DNA of 64,000 nt. It comes from an uncultured Solirubrobacterales bacterium. GTDB taxonomy: Bacteria > Actinomycetota > Thermoleophilia > Solirubrobacterales > JBBDJG01. Numbering within the stretch: the first letter of the stretch is position 1; each line of letters opens with the position of its first letter. This document shows positions 8,615 through 18,325 of the stretch, in pieces. Below the pieces are notes generated by a model. It ran no database searches. It had not been told where the DNA came from and saw only the letters and a list, made by a program, of their open reading frames with translations. Location: contig OY970293.1 of assembly GCA_963716195.1 (NCBI GenBank), forward strand, positions 1,014,119 to 1,078,118. Reading direction: 5' to 3'. The position numbers and the translations under genes were made by a program.

Positions 8615-9587
8615 CGACCAGGACTTCACCTTCGTAGACGGCGAGCGCCTCGTGCGCTTCGGTGCGACCGCGCTGGCCGACGCTCCGGCGCTGCTGCCGG
8701 CGCGGGGGTTCGACGGCTACGCGCTGATGACGACGGAGCGTGCGCTCGCGTCGGCGCCTGCGCTTGGTGATGGAGCGGCGATCGTCCTGCACGTGCCGCC
8801 CGGTCCGGTGCCCGAGGCCGCGGCCGCAGTGCGCGGCGAGGTGGGAGGGAGGCCGCTGGCGGCGCTCGGCGGTGGGCGCGTGATCGACGCAGCGAAGGCG
8901 ATCGCGGGCACGGACGGCATCAGCTGCGCGGCCATCCCAACGACCCTGTCGGGCGCCGAGATGACGCCGTTCCACCGCATGCCGGCCGGAGTCGACGAGT
9001 GGAAGCTCGTGCGCCCGTCGCTCGTGCTCGCGGACCCGTCGCTGATGGCGTCGCAGCCGTTGCCGAGCCTCGCGGCCAGCACGATGAATGCCCTCGCGCA
9101 CGCGGTCGAGGCGCTGTACGCGCCGATGGCGAACGCCTTCACGGAGGTGATCGCGGTGCGGGCCGCGGAACTGCTGGTCGAGGGCCTTGCTCCGGAGAGC
9201 CCTGATCGGCCGCAGCTGGCGCTCGGTGCGCTGATGGCCGGCTACGCCGTCGGCATCACCGGCTTCGCCGTCCATCACGCCGTGTGCCAGACGATCGTGC
9301 GCATGCTCGGCACCCCACACGCCGAGACCAACGCCGTGATGCTGCCGCACTTCGTGCGGATGATGGAAGAACGCGTCCCGGCCGTCATGTCCGAGGTCGA
9401 GTCGGCCGAGGGCATCGCTGCGCTTTCAGCCCGCTGCGGCGTCACCCGCCTCGGCGAGCTCGGCGTGCGCGAGGAGCAGCTCGACGAGGTCGTGGCCGCG
9501 GCGCTGGGGCACCCGGCAATCGGCAACACGCCGCCGGCGGCACCGACCGCCGAAGAGCTGCGGGCAGTGCTTCGGGCCGCGCTCTAG
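8601..9587 (+). CDS. Iron-containing alcohol dehydrogenase family protein (maleylacetate reductase-like)
   Basis: GGGRVIDAAKAIA motif and a His-rich metal site region (NALAHAVEALY, FAVHHAVCQTI). Start chosen at GTG 8601, overlapping the end of leuA. Track ORF begins at 8517 inside leuA. Confidence 0.7.
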   Translation: MSAASDQDFTFVDGERLVRFGATALADAPALLPARGFDGYALMTTERALASAPALGDGAAIVLHVPPGPVPEAAAAVRGEVGGRPLAALGGGRVIDAAKAIAGTDGISCAAIPTTLSGAEMTPFHRMPAGVDEWKLVRPSLVLADPSLMASQPLPSLAASTMNALAHAVEALYAPMANAFTEVIAVRAAELLVEGLAPESPDRPQLALGALMAGYAVGITGFAVHHAVCQTIVRMLGTPHAETNAVMLPHFVRMMEERVPAVMSEVESAEGIAALSARCGVTRLGELGVREEQLDEVVAAALGHPAIGNTPPAAPTAEELRAVLRAAL

Positions 9588-9893
9588 CGAAGCAGTCGAT
9601 GGAACTCAAGTGAGACGAGACACTGACACTGGTACGGGCGGTTTGTGGGTCTAGAGAGGTTTGCCGGCTCCCCGTAACACGCCCAATCATCGGCTGAACA
9701 CTTGAATGACCTGTAGGTCAGTCAACTCATCAGCCGACAAAGGGTGCCTCACAGATCGGTCATAGGGTGCCGTTCGCGTATGCAAGTGACGACGTTCCGC
9801 ACACCTCCCGTCACACACCTTTCGATGCCCGTCCCTTCGCGCGTGGAAGCGCACTCCACAGCATACGTTTGTATGTGATAGCGTACGCCAGAG

Positions 9894-10478
9894 ATGACGC
9901 CTGTCGCAACGGACAACGGCGCGGTCGCTACCCGCATCAAGGCGCTCCGAGAGGCCATGGACCTGTCCCTCCGCGACCTCGCCGAGCGCAGCGGGGTCTC
10001 GGCGCCGATGCTGTCGCAGGTCGAGCGAGGCGAGACGAGCCCGACGCTTGCAGTGGCGGGCAGGATCGCCTCCGGGCTGGAGCTGTCGCTGTCGCAGCTG
10101 CTGCGGCTGGACGAGGGTGACGGCGTGACCGTCGTGCGCGCCGGCGAGCGGCTGGGCGGGGGACGCCACCGCGGGCATCGCTACGAGGTGCTGACGCCGG
10201 GGCTGCCGGGACAGCGCGCCGAGGTGTCCGAGCACGTGCTCGCGCCCGGCGCGTCCACGGGAGGCCCGGACGATCCGCCGATCCACGAACCGGGCAGCCG
10301 CGAGACGGCCGTTGTCCAGCGGGGGACGCTGCGGCTCGTCTGCGACGGCGTGTCATACGAGCTCGCGAAAGGCGACACGGTGACCTTCGACTCCGATCTC
10401 CCGCATCATTTCGAGAACCCCGGGCGTGCAGAGACGCGGTTCATCTCGGTCGTAGCCGCCGGACTCAGAAGGAGCTAG
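9894..10478 (+). CDS. XRE-family helix-turn-helix transcriptional regulator with C-terminal cupin domain
   Basis: HTH region LRDLAERSGVSAPMLSQVERGETSPTLAVAGRIASGLELSLSQLL and a cupin-like C-terminus (GDTVTFDSDLPHHFENPG). Confidence 0.85.
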   Translation: MTPVATDNGAVATRIKALREAMDLSLRDLAERSGVSAPMLSQVERGETSPTLAVAGRIASGLELSLSQLLRLDEGDGVTVVRAGERLGGGRHRGHRYEVLTPGLPGQRAEVSEHVLAPGASTGGPDDPPIHEPGSRETAVVQRGTLRLVCDGVSYELAKGDTVTFDSDLPHHFENPGRAETRFISVVAAGLRRS

Positions 10479-10494
10479 AAGTGGCCCTCCCCGC

Positions 10495-10640
10495 GACGTC
10501 ACACCTGAAACGGCGGCCCCAGATCGCCGCCAGGCGGCGTCTTCGGTCGAGGCCATGCCACTAGCATGGCTCTCTCCCTGCATCCTTGCCTGGCTGTGCC
10601 TGGGTCGCGCCGTTTCAGGCCCGACGTCACGAGGAGGACC
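10495..10640 (+). promoter_or_regulatory. Structured leader upstream of leuC (long-range stem enclosing two hairpins, abutting the SD)
   Basis: GACGTCACACCTGAAACGGCG (10495-10515) pairs with CGCCGTTTCAGGCCCGACGTC (10608-10628), giving 12 + 6 bp. An inner hairpin GCCATGC-cacta-GCATGGC sits near 10552-10570. GAGGAGG (10630-10636) follows directly, then ATG 10649. Confidence 0.3.
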
Positions 10641-10648
10641 ACTAAGAC

Positions 10649-12067
10649 ATGCCCAAGACCATGCTCGACAAGATCTGGGAGGCGCACGAGGTGCGCCCGC
10701 CGGAGCGAGAAGGCGGTGCGTCGCTTCTATACATCGACCTGCATCTCGTGCACGAGGTCACCTCCCCGCAGGCGTTCGAGGCCCTGCGCCTCGCGGGCCG
10801 CAAGGTGCGCCGGCCGGAGCGCACGCTCGCGACCGTCGACCACAACGTCCCAACCGATCCCAGCGAGCGCACTGCGCTCGATGCGATCCGCGACAAGCTG
10901 TCGCGCAACCAGGTCGAAGCGCTGGAGCGCAACTGCGCCGAGTTCGGTATTCCCCTGTACGGGATGGGGAGCAGGAGGCAGGGGATCGTTCACGTGATCG
11001 GCCCCGAGCTCGGCCTCAGCCAGCCGGGGATCACGATCTCGTGCGGCGACTCGCACACCTCGACTCATGGAGCACTGGGCGCGCTCGCGATGCCGATCGG
11101 CACGTCCGAGGTCGAGCACGTGCTCGCGACGCAGTGCCTGCTGCAGCGCAAGCCGAAGACGATGCGCATCACCTACAAGGGCGAGCCGGGGTTCGGCGTC
11201 ACCCCGAAGGACATGATCCTCGGCACCATCGGGCAGATCAGCGCCGCCGGCGCCATCGGACACGCGATCGAGTACGCGGGACCACCGGTCGAGGCGCTCT
11301 CGATCGAGGGACGGATGACGATCTGCAACATGTCGATCGAGGCCGGCGCCCGCGCGGGCATGATTGCGCCCGACGAGACGACGTTCGAATACATCGAGGG
11401 ACGGCCGGGGGCGCCGTCGGACTTCGCGGCCGCGGTCGAGCGCTGGCGCGAGCTGCGCAGCGATCGGGACGCGAGCTTCGACACCGAGATCGCCGTAGAC
11501 ACGAGCGCTCTCAGCCCGCAGGTGACGTGGGGTACCAACCCCGGTCAGGTCGTACCGGTCACCGGGCAGGTCCCCGACCCGGACGAGCTGGAGGGACCGG
11601 CCGACCGCGAGGCGGCCGAGCGGGCACTGGCCTACATGGCGCTGGATGCGGGCACCAGAGTCGAGGACATCGCGCTCGACCGGGTGTTCATCGGCTCGTG
11701 CACGAACGCGCGCATCGAGGACCTGCGCGCCGCTGCTTCGATGATCGAGGGCCGCAAGGTCGCCGGCAGCGTGCGTGCGATGGTCGTGCCGGGATCGCAG
11801 CAGGTCAAGACCCAGGCCGAGCAAGAGGGCCTCGACGAGATCTTCCGCGGCGCCGGGTTCGAGTGGCGCGAAGCCGGATGCTCGATGTGCCTCGGCATGA
11901 ACCCCGACATCCTGGAGCCGGGGGAGCGCTGCGCGTCAACGTCGAACCGCAACTTCGAGGGGCGGCAGGGACGCGGCGGGCGCACCCACCTGGTCAGCCC
12001 GCAGATGGCGGCGGCGGCGGCGATAGAAGGGCACTTCGTCGACGTCAGGGAATGGGGGCGGCGATGA
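10649..12067 (+). CDS. leuC: 3-isopropylmalate dehydratase large subunit
   Basis: Aconitase-family motifs ([47 protein letters not shown]). Confidence 0.95.
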   Translation: MPKTMLDKIWEAHEVRPPEREGGASLLYIDLHLVHEVTSPQAFEALRLAGRKVRRPERTLATVDHNVPTDPSERTALDAIRDKLSRNQVEALERNCAEFGIPLYGMGSRRQGIVHVIGPELGLSQPGITISCGDSHTSTHGALGALAMPIGTSEVEHVLATQCLLQRKPKTMRITYKGEPGFGVTPKDMILGTIGQISAAGAIGHAIEYAGPPVEALSIEGRMTICNMSIEAGARAGMIAPDETTFEYIEGRPGAPSDFAAAVERWRELRSDRDASFDTEIAVDTSALSPQVTWGTNPGQVVPVTGQVPDPDELEGPADREAAERALAYMALDAGTRVEDIALDRVFIGSCTNARIEDLRAAASMIEGRKVAGSVRAMVVPGSQQVKTQAEQEGLDEIFRGAGFEWREAGCSMCLGMNPDILEPGERCASTSNRNFEGRQGRGGRTHLVSPQMAAAAAIEGHFVDVREWGRR

Positions 12068-12113
12068 GGCGGCGCTCGCCGGGCGCTGGCTGGCAGCAGG
12101 AGGAGGCGCGCTG

Positions 12114-12671
12114 ATGGAGCCGGTGCGACAGGTATCGGGACGCGTACAGGTGCTGGACCGTGCCGACGTGGACACCGACCAAATCATCCCGAAGCAGTTC
12201 CTGAAGCGGATCGAGCGGTCGGGCTTCGGCGAGTTCCTCTTCTACGACTGGCGCAACGAGGGGCTCGAGCTCGACGACTCGTGTCCGATCCTCGTGACGG
12301 GCCGCAACTTCGGCTGCGGGTCCTCGCGGGAGCACGCCGTGTGGGCGCTCGAGGACTTCGGCTTTCGCGCGATCGTCGCGCCCAGCTTCGCGGACATCTT
12401 CCACGCCAACTGCTCGAAGATCGGCGTGCTGACCGTCGCGCTGCCCGAGGACGACGTGCGCGCGCTGATGCAGGCCGGCGAGGCGACGGTTGATCTGGAG
12501 CGCCAGGTCGTGTCCTTCGACGGACGCGACGTTGCATTCGACGTAAATCCGGAGATTCGCGACCGTCTCCTCAAGGGCCAGGACGAGGTGGCTCTCACGC
12601 TCGAACATCTGGCCGAGATCGAGGAGTTCGAGAGCGACCACAGGCTTGGCCCTGGCACGACGGCTGTATAG
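12114..12671 (+). CDS. leuD: 3-isopropylmalate dehydratase small subunit
   Basis: DVDTDQIIPKQFLK and GRNFGCGSSREHAVWAL motifs. It follows leuC. Confidence 0.9.
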   Translation: MEPVRQVSGRVQVLDRADVDTDQIIPKQFLKRIERSGFGEFLFYDWRNEGLELDDSCPILVTGRNFGCGSSREHAVWALEDFGFRAIVAPSFADIFHANCSKIGVLTVALPEDDVRALMQAGEATVDLERQVVSFDGRDVAFDVNPEIRDRLLKGQDEVALTLEHLAEIEEFESDHRLGPGTTAV

Positions 12672-12716
12672 TCGCGCCATGGTGCGACCTCGCGCCTGAT
12701 CCATACATCCACTGCC

Positions 12717-13217
12717 ATGGGCGATCCAACCAGACCGACGCAGCCGCTTGGTGCGGCCGGCCAGCAGCCACCACGAGAGCGCATCGTCGAGCGCGAGGTC
12801 CCGGTCGAGCCCGATCCCGTCGTCGAGGAGCTGCGGCGGGTCAGGTTCTGGGCCATCTTCGGTTCGGTGGTTGGGTCGGTGGCGGCGATCCTTGCGGCGG
12901 TGGCGCTGATCGTGGCGCTCAACAACAACAACAACGATGGCGGCGGGCAGGACGCCAGCGCGCAATCCGTGAGCGGTCTCCGCAGCGACGTCAGCAGCCT
13001 GCGCAACGACGTTTCTGATCTGAAGTCCTCGGTCCAGGACAACTCCGACCAGCTGGACTCGTTGTCGAACCGCGTCAAGCAGCTCGAGCAGGCAAGCGAC
13101 AGCTCGAGCCAGGTCCAGCAGGACATCAAGACCCTCCAGCAGGACGTCACCGATCTCAGCGACCGCGTCGATCAGATCGAGAGAGCACAGGAAGAAGCCG
13201 CGTCGGGCGGTCCGTGA
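12717..13217 (+). CDS. Hypothetical membrane-anchored coiled-coil protein
   Basis: One TM helix (FWAIFGSVVGSVAAILAAVALIVAL), then N5 encoded by (AAC)5 at 12921-12935, then a Ser/Asp/Gln/Leu-rich heptad-like region. It overlaps the leuB start by 4 nt. Confidence 0.6.
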   Translation: MGDPTRPTQPLGAAGQQPPRERIVEREVPVEPDPVVEELRRVRFWAIFGSVVGSVAAILAAVALIVALNNNNNDGGGQDASAQSVSGLRSDVSSLRNDVSDLKSSVQDNSDQLDSLSNRVKQLEQASDSSSQVQQDIKTLQQDVTDLSDRVDQIERAQEEAASGGP

Positions 13218-14380
13218 CGCCCGACCGCTCGTTCCGGATAGTTGCGCTGCCCGGCGACGGGATCGGGCCCGAGGTGACGGAGGCTGCGCTCGAGCTGCTG
13301 CGCGCCCTCGAAGCCAGGGCAGGAGCCCGCTTCGAGGTCGAGACGCTTCCAGTCGGCGGGACCTCGATCGACGAGCACGGCGTGCCGCTGCTGCCGGAGG
13401 TGCTGGAGCGCTGCGCCGAGTCTGACGCAGTGCTGCTCGGGGCCGTTGGCGGTCCGCGCTGGGACACGACCGATCCGGACGCACCACGTCCCGAGCAGGG
13501 ACTGCTCGGCCTGCGCAAGGGCCTCGAGCTGTTCGCGAACCTGCGGCCGGTGCGGATCAGCCAGGCTCTCACGAACGCGAGCCCGCTGCGGGAGGAGCTC
13601 GTACGCGATGCGGACCTCGTGATCGTGCGCGAGCTGACCGGCGGCATCTACTTCGGCGATCGCGGTCGCCGGAACGGCGTCGCGCACGACACCTGCGTGT
13701 ACTCGGTCCCGGAGATCGAGCGCATCTCGCGCCTTGCGTTCAGCCTGGCGGAGTCGCCCTCGCGACCGGGACGGGTGACGTCCGTGGACAAGGCCAACAT
13801 CCTGGAGACCTCGCGCCTGTGGCGCGAGACGGTGGAGCGCCTGTCGGGGGACTACGGGGGCGTAGAGCTCGAGCACATGCTGGTCGACAACGCCGCGATG
13901 CAGCTCGTCTCGCGTCCATCGCAATTCGACGTCCTGCTGACGGAGAACATGTTCGGCGACATCCTCTCCGACGAGGCCGCGATGATCGCGGGGTCGATCG
14001 GGCTGCTGGCCTCCGCCAGCCTCGGCGAGGAGGGCAAGCCCGGGCTGTTCGAGCCGGTGCATGGCTCGGCTCCGGACATTGCGGGCGAGGGGATCGCCAA
14101 CCCCCTCGCGATGTTTGGCTCGGTGGCGCTGATGTTGCGTCACTCGCTCGCGCAGGAGGAAGCGGCGGCGGCGGTAGAATCAGCAATTGACAGTGTCCTG
14201 GAGCGGGGATTGCGAACGCCGGATCTCGCGTCCGGGCATTCGTACAAAGGTCCCGACGAATCAGGTCCGGGACCATCAGACATACCGGAGGAGATCGAGG
14301 TCGGCACGCAGGAGATGACGCGGGCGGTTCTGGAGGAGCTCGCTTCGCCCGGAGCCGGCCAAGAGCGACTTTCAAAATGA
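13214..14380 (+). CDS. leuB: 3-isopropylmalate dehydrogenase
   Basis: IVALPGDGIGPEV, LLGAVGGPRWD, NLRP, DIVRELTGGIYFG and MFGDILSDEAAMIAGSIGLL motifs. Confidence 0.95.
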   Translation: MTPDRSFRIVALPGDGIGPEVTEAALELLRALEARAGARFEVETLPVGGTSIDEHGVPLLPEVLERCAESDAVLLGAVGGPRWDTTDPDAPRPEQGLLGLRKGLELFANLRPVRISQALTNASPLREELVRDADLVIVRELTGGIYFGDRGRRNGVAHDTCVYSVPEIERISRLAFSLAESPSRPGRVTSVDKANILETSRLWRETVERLSGDYGGVELEHMLVDNAAMQLVSRPSQFDVLLTENMFGDILSDEAAMIAGSIGLLASASLGEEGKPGLFEPVHGSAPDIAGEGIANPLAMFGSVALMLRHSLAQEEAAAAVESAIDSVLERGLRTPDLASGHSYKGPDESGPGPSDIPEEIEVGTQEMTRAVLEELASPGAGQERLSK

Positions 14381-14540
14381 AGCTGCACACCCGGATACGC
14401 CCCAGTACCCGCGCTGGATCGCCACCCGCGGACTCGCCGGGAGGCACTGCTACCGGCTTCGTCCGCGTGCGGCGCCCAGCTTGGTCCTGGACCGTCCCGG
14501 ACGCGCAGTCATTCCGAAAGGCGCTCTAAGGAGGAAGCCC

Positions 14541-15506
14541 TTGCCAATCGAGAAGGCCGAAACGATATGGATGAACGGCGAGTTCGTGCGGTGGGAGGAC
14601 GCCAACGTACACGTGCTCACCCACGGCCTTCACTACGGCTCCGGCGTGTTCGAGGGGATCAGGGCGTATGAGACCGATCGTGGCCCCGCGGTCTTTCGCT
14701 TCCGCGAGCACCTCGAGCGGCTGCAGCGATCGGCCCATCTCTATTACATGGATCTGCCGTACACGATCGAGGCCCTGCGCGAGGCCACGCATGAGCTCAT
14801 CAGGACCAACAAGCTTCGAAGCTGCTACATCCGTCCGATCGCCTACCGCGGCTACGGCGAGATGGGGCTCATGCCCCTCAAATGCGATGTGGACATCGCG
14901 ATCGCGGTCTGGTCCTGGGCGCTATACCTCGGCGAACAGGTGATCGAGGACGGCGTCCGCTGCAAGGTCTCCTCGTGGCGCCGCATGTCGCCCGACGGCT
15001 TCGTCCCGCAGGCGAAGGCATGCGGCCAGTACCTGAACTCGATCCTCGCCAAGGTCGAGAGCGCGAAGGCGGGCTATGACGAGGCGATCCTGCTGGACGA
15101 CCACGGGAACGTCTGCGAGGGCTCCGGCGAGAACGTATTTCTGGTGCGAGATGGAGTGATCTCCACACCACCGCCAACCGCGTCGATCCTGGACGGGATC
15201 ACCAGGCGGTCCGTGATCCAGATCGCTGCGGACCTGGGTTTCAAGGTGGTCGAGCGTGACATCGCGCGGGGTGAGCTCTATCAAGCTGATGAGCTGTTCT
15301 TCACAGGCACCGCCACGGAAATCGCCCCGATTCGCGAAGTCGACGATCACAGGCTCGGACCGACCGGTGAGATCACGCGTGCGATCCATGCTCGCTTCAA
15401 AGACGCGATCCACGGCCGGCGGCAGGAATACCTGGAATGGCTCGACTTCGTCGACGTCGGGGAGCCGGAGGTGGAAGAGCGAATTACGGGCACGGCGGGC
15501 CGCTAG
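14541..15506 (+). CDS. ilvE: Branched-chain amino-acid aminotransferase
   Basis: IWMNGEFVRWEDANVHVLTHGLHYGSGVFEGIRAY is a typical class IV aminotransferase N-terminus. TTG 14541 lies 6 nt after AAGGAGGA. Track ORF starts at 14481. Confidence 0.9.
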   Translation: MPIEKAETIWMNGEFVRWEDANVHVLTHGLHYGSGVFEGIRAYETDRGPAVFRFREHLERLQRSAHLYYMDLPYTIEALREATHELIRTNKLRSCYIRPIAYRGYGEMGLMPLKCDVDIAIAVWSWALYLGEQVIEDGVRCKVSSWRRMSPDGFVPQAKACGQYLNSILAKVESAKAGYDEAILLDDHGNVCEGSGENVFLVRDGVISTPPPTASILDGITRRSVIQIAADLGFKVVERDIARGELYQADELFFTGTATEIAPIREVDDHRLGPTGEITRAIHARFKDAIHGRRQEYLEWLDFVDVGEPEVEERITGTAGR

Positions 15507-15575
15507 AGCTCGCCGTCTCGCGCGGCGTCCATTTGCGTCGCTTTCGTTCCCCTTCCTCCACCGAAAAGGAACCTG

Positions 15576-17186
15576 ATGACCGGCAAACAGATCTACCTCT
15601 ACGACACGACCCTTCGCGATGGCATGCAGGGCGAGGGGATCTCGCTCTCGGCCGCGGAGAAGCTGCGCGTCGCGCGCCGCCTGGACGAGCTCGGGATCCA
15701 CTTCATAGAGGCCGGCTTCCCGAGCTCGAACCCGAAGGAGGCGGAGCTGTTCGACCTGCTCGCTCAGGAGAGCTTCGCGACCGCGACCATCTGCGCCTTC
15801 GGGATGACTCGCCGGCGCGAGCTGAGCGCGCAGGAGGACCCGGCTCTGAAGCTGCTCGGAGACTGCTTCGCCCCCGCCTGCACGCTTGTCGGCAAGACGT
15901 GGAAACTGCACCTCGAGAAGGTGATCCACGCGGATCCCGAGGAGAACCTGCGCATCATCTCCGAGTCCGTCTCGTATCTGACGGCGCTGGGCAAGCGGGT
16001 CGTCTACGACGCGGAGCACTTCTTCGACGGCTACCGCGACGATCGCGACTACGCCCTGCGCTGCCTGGATGCGGCGTTGGCGGCGGGCGCGGAGAACGTC
16101 ACGCTCTGCGACACGAACGGCTCCAGCCTGCCCTCGCAGGTGGGGAAGGCGACCGCCGACGTGGTGGGCGCGCTGGGATCCGAGCGGGTCGGCATCCACA
16201 CCCACAACGACGCCGAGTGCGGGGTCGCCAACTCGATCGCGGCCGTGGAGCAGGGCGCATCGCTCGTCCAGGGCACGATGAACGGCGTGGGCGAACGCTG
16301 CGGGAACGCGAACCTCGTCTCGATCCTGCCCTCGCTTCAGCTCAAGCTCGGATATAGCTGCGTGCCGGACGACAAGCTGGCGACGCTCGCCGAGGTCGCC
16401 CACTTCGTGGACGAGGTATGCAACCTGAGTCCGGATCCCAACCAGCCGTACGTCGGGCGCAACGCGTTTGCGCACGGGGGCGGGATGCACGTCGCGGGCG
16501 TGCGCGCGGACGCGCGTACCTTCGAGCACATCGATCCATCCATGGTCGGCAACCGGCGCGAGCTGCTGGTTTCCGAGCTGTCGGGCAAGGGCACCGTGAT
16601 CGCGCGTGCAGAGGACTCGGGGCTCACGCTCGATGCCGATGCGAGCCGGCGCGTGATCGACCGCGTCAAGCAGCTCGAACACCGCGGCTACCAGTTCGAG
16701 GCGGCCGACGCTTCCTTCGAGCTCCTGCTGCGCAAGGAGGCCGGCTCCTACGAGTCGCTGTTCCGGCTGGAGAGCTTCCGCGTGATCATGGACAAGCGCG
16801 AAGACGGTCGGGTGCAGACGGAGGCCACGGTCAAGATCTGGGCCGGCGGTGAGCGCTACGTCCGCACAGCGGAGGGGAACGGACCGGTGAACGCGCTCGA
16901 CAAGGCCCTGCGGATGGCGATCGCGGACCTCTATCCGCGCCTGCGCGAGATCGACCTCGTCAACTACAAGGTGCGGATCATCGACGAGCACAAGGGCACC
17001 GGTGCGGTGACGCGTGTCCTGATCGACGCGTCAGACGGCCACGACAGCTGGGGCACGATCGGGGTCTCGGAGAACATCATCGAGGCCAGCTGGGAAGCGC
17101 TCGTGGACTCGCTCGAGTACGCGATGCAGCCGCGTCCGGCGTCGAAGCCAGCGTCCGGCACCACCGAGCTGCCGCTCACGAAGTGA
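15576..17186 (+). CDS. cimA: Citramalate synthase / LeuA-paralog (CimA-type)
   Basis: IYLYDTTLRDGMQGEGISLS, IHFIEAGFPSSNPKE, HTHNDAECGVANS and a LeuA-type C-terminal domain. It is the second member of the family in the window. Confidence 0.8.
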   Translation: MTGKQIYLYDTTLRDGMQGEGISLSAAEKLRVARRLDELGIHFIEAGFPSSNPKEAELFDLLAQESFATATICAFGMTRRRELSAQEDPALKLLGDCFAPACTLVGKTWKLHLEKVIHADPEENLRIISESVSYLTALGKRVVYDAEHFFDGYRDDRDYALRCLDAALAAGAENVTLCDTNGSSLPSQVGKATADVVGALGSERVGIHTHNDAECGVANSIAAVEQGASLVQGTMNGVGERCGNANLVSILPSLQLKLGYSCVPDDKLATLAEVAHFVDEVCNLSPDPNQPYVGRNAFAHGGGMHVAGVRADARTFEHIDPSMVGNRRELLVSELSGKGTVIARAEDSGLTLDADASRRVIDRVKQLEHRGYQFEAADASFELLLRKEAGSYESLFRLESFRVIMDKREDGRVQTEATVKIWAGGERYVRTAEGNGPVNALDKALRMAIADLYPRLREIDLVNYKVRIIDEHKGTGAVTRVLIDASDGHDSWGTIGVSENIIEASWEALVDSLEYAMQPRPASKPASGTTELPLTK

Positions 17187-18310
17187 ACACCGCTACGCGG
17201 CGGGTCCCTCTCGCACGGCCAGACATCGGCGCGCGCGAGGAGGAGCTCGTGCTCGAGGTGATGCGCAGCGGGCGGCTGTCGCTCGGGCCGATGCTGGAGC
17301 GCTTCGAACGCGACTTCGCGGGCTGGATCGGAGCGTCAGGCGCCGCTGGCGTGTCGAGCGGGACGGCGGCGCTGCACCTCGGGGTGCGGGCTCTCGGCTG
17401 GGAGGCCGGCTACGAGGTCGTGACGAGCCCGTTCAGCTTCATCGCGTCGGCCAACTGCCTCCTGTACGAGGGGGTCACTCCGGTCTTCTGCGACGTCGAT
17501 CCGGTCACGCTCAACATCGACCCCGCGGCCGCGGCCGCGGGGTGTGGCGAGCGCACGGCGGGGCTCGTGCCCGTGGACATCTTCGGCTATCCGGCGGATC
17601 TACCGGCCCTGCAGGACATCGCTCGCGCACGCGGCGTCGGGGTGCTCGAGGACGCCTGCGAGGCCGCCGGCGCCGTCGATCGCGAGGGCATCAAGGTCGG
17701 CGCGCGTGACCACCCTGCCACCTTCGCCTTCTACGCAAACAAGCAGCTGGTCACAGGAGAGGGTGGAATGCTCACCTGCGGCGACGGCGAGTTGCTTGCC
17801 CGCGTTCGCAGCGAACGTAACCAGGGCCGCGGTGAGGACATGGGCGAGATCGTCCACGACCGTCTCGGCTTCAACTACAGGCTCACCGACGTGGCGGCAG
17901 CGATCGGCGTCGCACAGGTCGAGCGCGCGGACGACATCCTCGCCACGCGCGCCCGGGTCGCGGCGCTCTACGGCGCCCAGCTGGCGGACGTCGACGGCCT
18001 CGAGCTCCTGTGTGACGACCGCGCTCCCGAGCGCCGGAGCTGGTTCGTGTACGTCGTCCAGCTGCCGGACGGCATCGACCGTGCCCGGGTGATGGCGGAC
18101 CTGGCGTCGCAGGGAATCGAGAGCAAGGCCTACCTGCCCTGCATCCATCTCCAGCCGCTGTATCGCGAGCGGTTCGGCTATCGCGAAGGTGAATTCCCGG
18201 TCGCCGAGCGCGCCGCGCGGCGATCCCTCGGACTTCCCTTCTACACCCGGATGACCGAGGACGAGGTCGAGCTCGTGTGCGCGGCTCTGCGGACCGCGCT
18301 CGGACGCTGA
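17183..18310 (+). CDS. DegT/DnrJ/EryC1/StrS family sugar aminotransferase
   Basis: The N-terminal LARPDIGAREEELVLEVMRSGRLSLGP pattern, the AFYANKQLVTGEGGML PLP-lysine region, and size and layout typical of the family. Confidence 0.85.
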   Translation: MNTATRRVPLARPDIGAREEELVLEVMRSGRLSLGPMLERFERDFAGWIGASGAAGVSSGTAALHLGVRALGWEAGYEVVTSPFSFIASANCLLYEGVTPVFCDVDPVTLNIDPAAAAAGCGERTAGLVPVDIFGYPADLPALQDIARARGVGVLEDACEAAGAVDREGIKVGARDHPATFAFYANKQLVTGEGGMLTCGDGELLARVRSERNQGRGEDMGEIVHDRLGFNYRLTDVAAAIGVAQVERADDILATRARVAALYGAQLADVDGLELLCDDRAPERRSWFVYVVQLPDGIDRARVMADLASQGIESKAYLPCIHLQPLYRERFGYREGEFPVAERAARRSLGLPFYTRMTEDEVELVCAALRTALGR

Positions 18311-18325
18311 GTCCTAACTGGAGTC

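Noticed and set aside
10566-10997. ORF beginning MALSLHPCLAV upstream of leuC, considered as a Leu-rich leader peptide.
   Set aside because: It does not terminate before leuC but runs 143 codons out of frame into it. Only 3 Leu codons are present and they are not consecutive.
14922-16991. 689-aa ORF on the minus strand, and similar long antisense ORFs such as 7013..8629, 4176..5717, 519..1373, 10727..11824, 21437..23269, 23283..24446, 40105..41325, 50674..51957 and 59461..60663.
   Set aside because: Each lies opposite a gene with unmistakable conserved motifs (cimA/ilvE, leuA, serA, the M48 peptidase, leuC, the sulfatase, argH, hisZ, the NTase fusion, rpsB). Their products are Arg/Pro/Gly-rich low-complexity strings typical of stop-codon-poor shadow frames in 70% GC DNA.
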